Assembly: GCA_964057225.1 (NCBI GenBank)
Contig: OZ059900.1
Location: 20,212,001 to 20,276,000, forward strand
Origin: Auanema rhodensis
Lineage: Eukaryota; Animalia; Nematoda
DNA length: 64,000 nt
Reading direction: 5' to 3'
Both the position numbers and the translations under genes were made by a program. Numbering within the stretch: position 1 is the stretch's first letter; each line of letters begins with the position of its first letter. The notes beneath the pieces were generated by a model, which saw nothing but the letters and a program-made list of their open reading frames with translations, made no database searches and was not told the origin of the DNA. Positions 57,201-64,000 of this stretch are shown here, piece after piece.

Positions 57201-60200
57201 TCAAAATTGTTCGTACAACGTCTAGTTCCACTTTCTCGACAAAAAAACAGGGTTTAGAAAATTAAGGAAATTAGCATATTGTGAGGGCACGCCCCTCATG
57301 GCTAATATTGATTAAATCGATTTTTGTTCATATGAGTCGTCAAATGCAACGAATTTCAGCGTGTTACATACTAAAATGAAGCAATTTACATGCTGAACAC
57401 TAGAAAAATACAAAAACACAGTATTTCCCATGAGAAATATTTTATTATGCTGGAAAACCAGTTTTTGGAAATTTCGCTGTAAACAAGGTTTTGACTTACG
57501 ATTTCATGTGTTCAAACTCATGCAATGTCAATGAAACCTAGCTCAAAATTGTTCGTACAACGTCTAGTTCCACTTTCACGACAAAAAAACAGGGGTTAGA
57601 AAATTAGGGAAATTAGCATATTCTGAGGGCACGCCCCTTATGGCTAATATTGATTAAATCGATTTTTGTTCATATGAGTCGTCAAATGCAACGAATTTCA
57701 GCGTGTTACATACTAAAATGAAGCATTTTACATGCTGAACACTAGAAAAATACAAAAACACAGTATTTCCCATGAGAAATATTTTATTATGCTGGAAAAC
57801 CAGTTTTTGGAAATTTCGCTGTAAACAAGGTTTTGACTTACGATTTCATGTGTTCAAACTCATGCAATGTCAATGAAACCTAGCTCAAAATTGTTCGTAC
57901 AACGTCTAGTTCCACTTTCACGACAAAAAAACAGGGGTTAGAAAATTAAGGAAATTAGCATATTCTGAGGGCACGCCCCTTATGGCTAATATTGATTAAA
58001 TCGATTTTTGTTCATATGAGTCGTCAAATGCAACGAATTTCAGCGTGTTACATACTAAAATGAAGCATTTTACATGCTGAACACTAGAAAAATACAAAAA
58101 CACAGTATTTCCCATGAGAAATATTTTATTATGCTGGAAAACCAGTTTTTGGAAATTTCGCTGTAAACAAGGTTTTGACTTACGATTTCATGTGTTCAAA
58201 CTCATGCAATGTCAATGAAACCTAGCTCAAAATTGTTCGTACAACGTCTAGTTGCACTTTCACGACAAAAAAACAGGGGTTAGAAAATTAAGGAAATTAG
58301 CATATTCTGAGGGCACGCCCCTTATGGCTAATATTGATTAAATCGATTTTTGTTCATATGAGTCGTCAAATGCAACGAATTTCAGCGTGTTACATACTAA
58401 AATGAAGCATTTTACATGCTGAACACTAGAAAAATACAAAAACACAGTATTTCCCATGAGAAATATTTTATTATGCTGGAAAACCAGTTTTTGGAAATTT
58501 CGCTGTAAACAAGGTTTTGACTTACGATTTCATGTGTTCAAACTCATGCAATGTCAATGAAACCTAGCTCAAAATTGTTCGTACAACGTCTAGTTCCACT
58601 TTCACGACAAAAAAACAAGGGTTAGAAAATTAGGGAAATTAGCATATTCTGAGGGCACGCCCCTTATGGCTAATATTGATTAAATCGATTTTTGTTCATA
58701 TGAGTCGTCAAATGCAACGAATTTCAGCGTGTTACATACTAAAATGAAGCATTTTACATGCTGAACACTAAAAAAATACAAAAACACAGTATTTCTCTTG
58801 AGAAATATTTTATTATGCTGGAAAACCAGTTTTTGGAAATTTCGCTGTAAACAAGGTTTTGACTTACGATTTCATGTGTTCAAACTCATGCAATGTCAAT
58901 GAAACCTAGCTCAAAATTGTTCGTACAACGTCTAGTTCCACTTTCACGACAAAAAAACAGGGGGTAGAAAATTAGGGAAATTAGCATATTCTGAGGGCAC
59001 GCCCCTTATGGCTAGTATTGATTAAATCGATTTTTGTTCATATGAGTCGTCAAATGCAACGAATTTCAGCGTGTTACATTCTAAAATGAAGCATTTTACA
59101 TGCTGAACACTAGAAAAATACAAAAACACAGTATTTCCCATGAGAAATATTTTATTATGCTGGAAAACCAGTTTTTGGAAATTTCGCTGTAAACAAGGTT
59201 TTGACTTACGATTTCATGTGTTCAAACTCATGCAATGTCAATGAAACCTAGCTCAAAATTGTTCGTACAACGTCTAGTTCCACTTTCACGACAAAAAAAC
59301 AGGGGTTAGAAAATTAGGGAAATTAGCATATTCTGAGGGCACGCCCCTTATGGCTAATATTGATTAAATCGATTTTTGTTCATATGAGTCGTCAAATGCA
59401 ACGAATTTCAGCGTGTTACATACTAAAATGAAGCATTTTACATGCTGAACACTAGAAAAATACAAAAACACAGTATTTCCCATGAGAAATATTTTATTAT
59501 GCTGGAAAACCAGTTTTTGGAAATTTCGCTGTAAACAAGGTTTTGACTTACGATTTCATGTGTTCAAACTCATGCAATGTCAATGAAACCTAGCTCAAAA
59601 TTGTTCGTACAACGTCTAGTTCCACTTTCACGACAAAAAAACAGGGGTTAGAAAATTAAGGAAATTAGCATATTCTGAGGGCACGCCCCTTATGGCTAAT
59701 ATTGATTAAATCGATTTTTGTTCATATGAGTCGTCAAATGCAACGAATTTCAGCGTGTTACATACTAAAATGAAGCAATTTACATGCTGAACACTAGAAA
59801 AATACAAAAACACAGTATTTCCCATGAGAAATATTTTATTATGCTGGAAAACCAGTTTTTGGAAATTTCGCTGTAAACAAGGTTTTGACTTACGATTTCA
59901 TGTGTTCAAACTCATGCAATGTCAATGAAACCTAGCTCAAAATTGTTCGTACAACGTCTAGTTCCACTTTCACGACAAAAAAACAGGGGTTAGAAAATTA
60001 GGGAAATTAGCATATTCTGAGGGCACGCCCCTTATGGCTAATATTGATTAAATCGATTTTTGTTCATATGAGTCGTCAAATGCAACGAATTTCAGCGTGT
60101 TACATACTAAAATGAAGCATTTTACATGCTGAACACTAGAAAAATACAAAAACACAGTATTTCCCATGAGAAATATTTTATTATGCTGGAAAACCAGTTT

Positions 60201-61499
60201 TTGGAAATTTCGCTGTAAACAAGGTTTTGACTTACGATTTCATGTGTTCAAACTCATGCAATGTCAATGAAACCTAGCTCAAAATTGTTCGTACAACGTC
60301 TAGTTCCACTTTCACGACAAAAAAACAGGGGTTAGAAAATTAAGGAAATTAGCATATTCTGAGGGCACGCCCCTTATGGCTAATATTGATTAAATCGATT
60401 TTTGTTCATATGAGTCGTCAAATGCAACGAATTTCAGCGTGTTACATACTAAAATGAAGCATTTTACATGCTGAACACTAGAAAAATACAAAAACACAGT
60501 ATTTCCCATGAGAAATATTTTATTATGCTGGAAAACCAGTTTTTGGAAATTTCGCTGTAAACAAGGTTTTGACTTACGATTTCATGTGTTCAAACTCATG
60601 CAATGTCAATGAAACCTAGCTCAAAATTGTTCGTACAACGTCTAGTTGCACTTTCACGACAAAAAAACAGGGGTTAGAAAATTAAGGAAATTAGCATATT
60701 CTGAGGGCACGCCCCTTATGGCTAATATTGATTAAATCGATTTTTGTTCATATGAGTCGTCAAATGCAACGAATTTCAGCGTGTTACATACTAAAATGAA
60801 GCATTTTACATGCTGAACACTAGAAAAATACAAAAACACAGTATTTCCCATGAGAAATATTTTATTATGCTGGAAAACCAGTTTTTGGAAATTTCGCTGT
60901 AAACAAGGTTTTGACTTACGATTTCATGTGTTCAAACTCATGCAATGTCAATGAAACCTAGCTCAAAATTGTTCGTACAACGTCTAGTTCCACTTTCACG
61001 ACAAAAAAACAAGGGTTAGAAAATTAGGGAAATTAGCATATTCTGAGGGCACGCCCCTTATGGCTAATATTGATTAAATCGATTTTTGTTCATATGAGTC
61101 GTCAAATGCAACGAATTTCAGCGTGTTACATACTAAAATGAAGCATTTTACATGCTGAACACTAAAAAAATACAAAAACACAGTATTTCTCTTGAGAAAT
61201 ATTTTATTATGCTGGAAAACCAGTTTTTGGAAATTTCGCTGTAAACAAGGTTTTGACTTACGATTTCATGTGTTCAAACTCATGCAATGTCAATGAAACC
61301 TAGCTCAAAATTGTTCGTACAACGTCTAGTTCCACTTTCACGACAAAAAAACAGGGGGTAGAAAATTAGGGAAATTAGCATATTCTGAGGGCACGCCCCT
61401 TATGGCTAATATTGATTAAATCGATTTTTGTTCATATGAGTCGTCAAATGCAACGAATTTCAGCGTGTTACATACTAAAATGAAGCATTTTACATGCTG
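51240..61499 (+). repeat. Nested HOR: four 7-mers (2394 bp) arranged as two ~15-mers (5130 bp)
   Basis: TTGCAC variant at 53124, 55518, 58254, 60648 (spacings 2394, 2736, 2394). TTACATT variant only at 53950 and 59080 (5130 apart). 7-mers start at 51240, 53634, 56370, 58764. Confidence 0.9.
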
Positions 61500-64000
61500 A
61501 ACACTAGAAAAATACAAAAACACAGTATTTCCCATGAGAAATATTTTATTATGCTGGAAAACCAGTTTTTGGAAATTTCGCTGTAAACAAGGTTTTGACT
61601 TACGATTTCATGTGTTCAAACTCATGCAATGTCAATGAAACCTAGCTCAAAATTGTTCGTACAACGTCTAGTTCCACTTTCTCGACAAAAAAACAGGGTT
61701 TAGAAAATTAAGGAAATTAGCATATTGTGAGGGCACGCCCCTCATGGCTAATATTGATTAAATCGATTTTTGTTCATATGAGTCGTCAAATGCAACGAAT
61801 TTCAGCGTGTTACATACTAAAATGAAGCATTTTACATGCTGAACACTAGAAAAATACAAAAACACAGTATTTCCCATGAGAAATATTTTATTATGCTGGA
61901 AAACCAGTTTTTGGAAATTTCGCTGTAAACAAGGTTTTGACTTACGATTTCATGTGTTCAAACTCATGCAATGTCAATGAAACCTAGCTCAAAATTGTTC
62001 GTACAACATCTAGTTCCACTTTCACGACAAAAAAACAGGGGTTAGAAAATTAAGGAAATTAGCATATTCTGAGGGCACGCCCCTTATGGCTAATATTGAT
62101 TAAATCGATTTTTGTTCATATGAGTCGTCAAATGCAACGAATTTCAGCGTGTTACATACTAAAATGAAGCATTTTACATGCTGAACACTAGAAAAATACA
62201 AAAACACAGTATTTCCCATGAGAAATATTTTATTATGCTGGAAAACCAGTTTTTGGAAATTTCGCTGTAAACAAGGTTTTGACTTACGATTTCATGTGTT
62301 CAAACTCATGCAATGTCAATGAAACCTAGCTCAAAATTGTTCGTACAACGTCTAGTTCCACTTTCACGACAAAAAAACAGGGGGTAGAAAATTAGGGAAA
62401 TTAGCATATTCTGAGGGCACGCCCCTTATGGCTAATATTGATTAAATCGATTTTTGTTCATATGAGTCGTCAAATGCAACGAATTTCAGCGTGTTACATA
62501 CTAAAATGAAGCATTTTACATGCTGAACACTAGAAAAATACAAAAACACAGTATTTCCCATGAGAAATATTTTATTATGCTGGAAAACCAGTTTTTGGAA
62601 ATTTCGCTGTAAACAAGGTTTTGACTTACGATTTCATGTGTTCAAACTCATGCAATGTCAATGAAACCTAGCTCAAAATTGTTCGTACAACGTCTAGTTC
62701 CACTTTCACGACAAAAAAACAGGGGTTAGAAAATTAAGGAAATTAGCATATTCTGAGGGCACGCCCCTTATGGCTAATATTGATTAAATCGATTTTTGTT
62801 CATATGAGTCGTCAAATGCAACGAATTTCAGCGTGTTACATACTAAAATGAAGCAATTTACATGCTGAACACTAGAAAAATACAAAAACACAGTATTTCC
62901 CATGAGAAATATTTTATTATGCTGGAAAACCAGTTTTTGGAAATTTCGCTGTAAACAAGGTTTTGACTTACGATTTCATGTGTTCAAACTCATGCAATGT
63001 CAATGAAACCTAGCTCAAAATTGTTCGTACAACGTCTAGTTCCACTTTCACGACAAAAAAACAGGGTTTAGAAAATTAAGGAAATTAGCATATTGTGAGG
63101 GCACGCCCCTTATGGCTAATATTGATTAAATCGATTTTTGTTCATATGAGTCGTCAAATGCAACGAATTTCAGCGTGTTACATACTAAAATGAAGCATTT
63201 TACATGCTGAACACTAGAAAAATACAAAAACACAGTATTTCCCATGAGAAATATTTTATTATGCTGGAAAACCAGTTTTTGGAAATTTCGCTGTAAACAA
63301 GGTTTTGACTTACGATTTCATGTGTTCAAACTCATGCAATGTCAATGAAACCTAGCTCAAAATTGTTCGTACAACGTCTAGTTCCACTTTCACGACAAAA
63401 AAACAGGGGTTAGAAAATTAAGGAAATTAGCATATTCTGAGGGCACGCCCCTTATGGCTAATATTGATTAAATCGATTTTTGTTTATATGAGTCGTCAAA
63501 TGCAACGAATTTCAGCGTGTTACATACTAAAATGAAGCATTTTACATGCTGAACACTAGAAAAATACAAAAACACAGTATTTCCCATGAGAAATATTTTA
63601 TTATGCTGGAAAACCAGTTTTTGGAAATTTCGCTGTAAACAAGGTTTTGACTTACGATTTCATGTGTTCAAACTCATGCAATGTCAATGAAACCTAGCTC
63701 AAAATTGTTCGTACAACGTCTAGTTCCACTTTCACGACAAAAAAACAGGGGTTAGAAAATTAAGGAAATTAGCATATTCTGAGGGCACGCCCCTTATGGC
63801 TAATATTGATTAAATCGATTTTTGTTCATATGAGTCGTCAAATGCAACGAATTTCAGCGTGTTACATACTAAAATGAAGCAATTTACATGCTGAACACTA
63901 GAAAAATACAAAAACACAGTATTTCCCATGAGAAATATTTTATTATGCTGGAAAACCAGTTTTTGGAAATTTCGCTGTAAACAAGGTTTTGACTTACGAT

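Larger units (their letters stand above)
1..64000. repeat. Tandem satellite DNA array, 342-bp monomer, 187 full copies + 107-bp partial; extends beyond both window edges
   Basis: AACACTAGAAAAATACAAAAACACAG recurs at 1, 343, 685, 1027, 1369, 1711 ... 63894. 187x342 minus one 54-bp deletion, minus eight 1-bp deletions, plus one 1-bp insertion predicts the last start at 63894, as observed. No unique sequence between copies. Confidence 0.99.

Noticed and set aside
1-64000. CRISPR array or other repeat-spacer system
   Set aside because: No unique spacers; the units are contiguous near-identical 342-mers with no cas or other genes.
1-64000. Variant pattern as an information-encoding or programmed diversification system
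   Set aside because: The pattern is adequately explained by point mutation plus tandem duplication and unequal exchange; nothing indicates a dedicated mechanism.

Overview
The whole 64 kb window is one uninterrupted head-to-tail tandem array of a 342-bp AT-rich satellite DNA (about 34% GC by hand count of the consensus). It holds 187 complete monomers plus a 107-bp partial copy, all in the same orientation, typically 0-5 differences from consensus. I found no genes, RNA genes, transposon insertions, inversions or CRISPR spacers. It looks like a eukaryotic centromeric, pericentromeric or subtelomeric satellite; the species cannot be determined from the sequence. The information lies in the variant pattern and in the monomer. 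Variant pattern: three domains with largely different variant sets, and local higher-order repeats (HORs), namely a 10-mer duplication, trimers, a degenerate hexamer, a dimer alternation and a nested 7-mer/15-mer. There is also one 54-bp microhomology-flanked deletion and several recombinant monomers. Monomer: traces of an ancestral ~171-bp dimer, many dyad symmetries and a CENP-B-box-like motif. I do not see a novel gene-based system. The most notable aspect is the record of HORs forming in a very homogeneous array. All variant calls were read by eye and should be confirmed by alignment.
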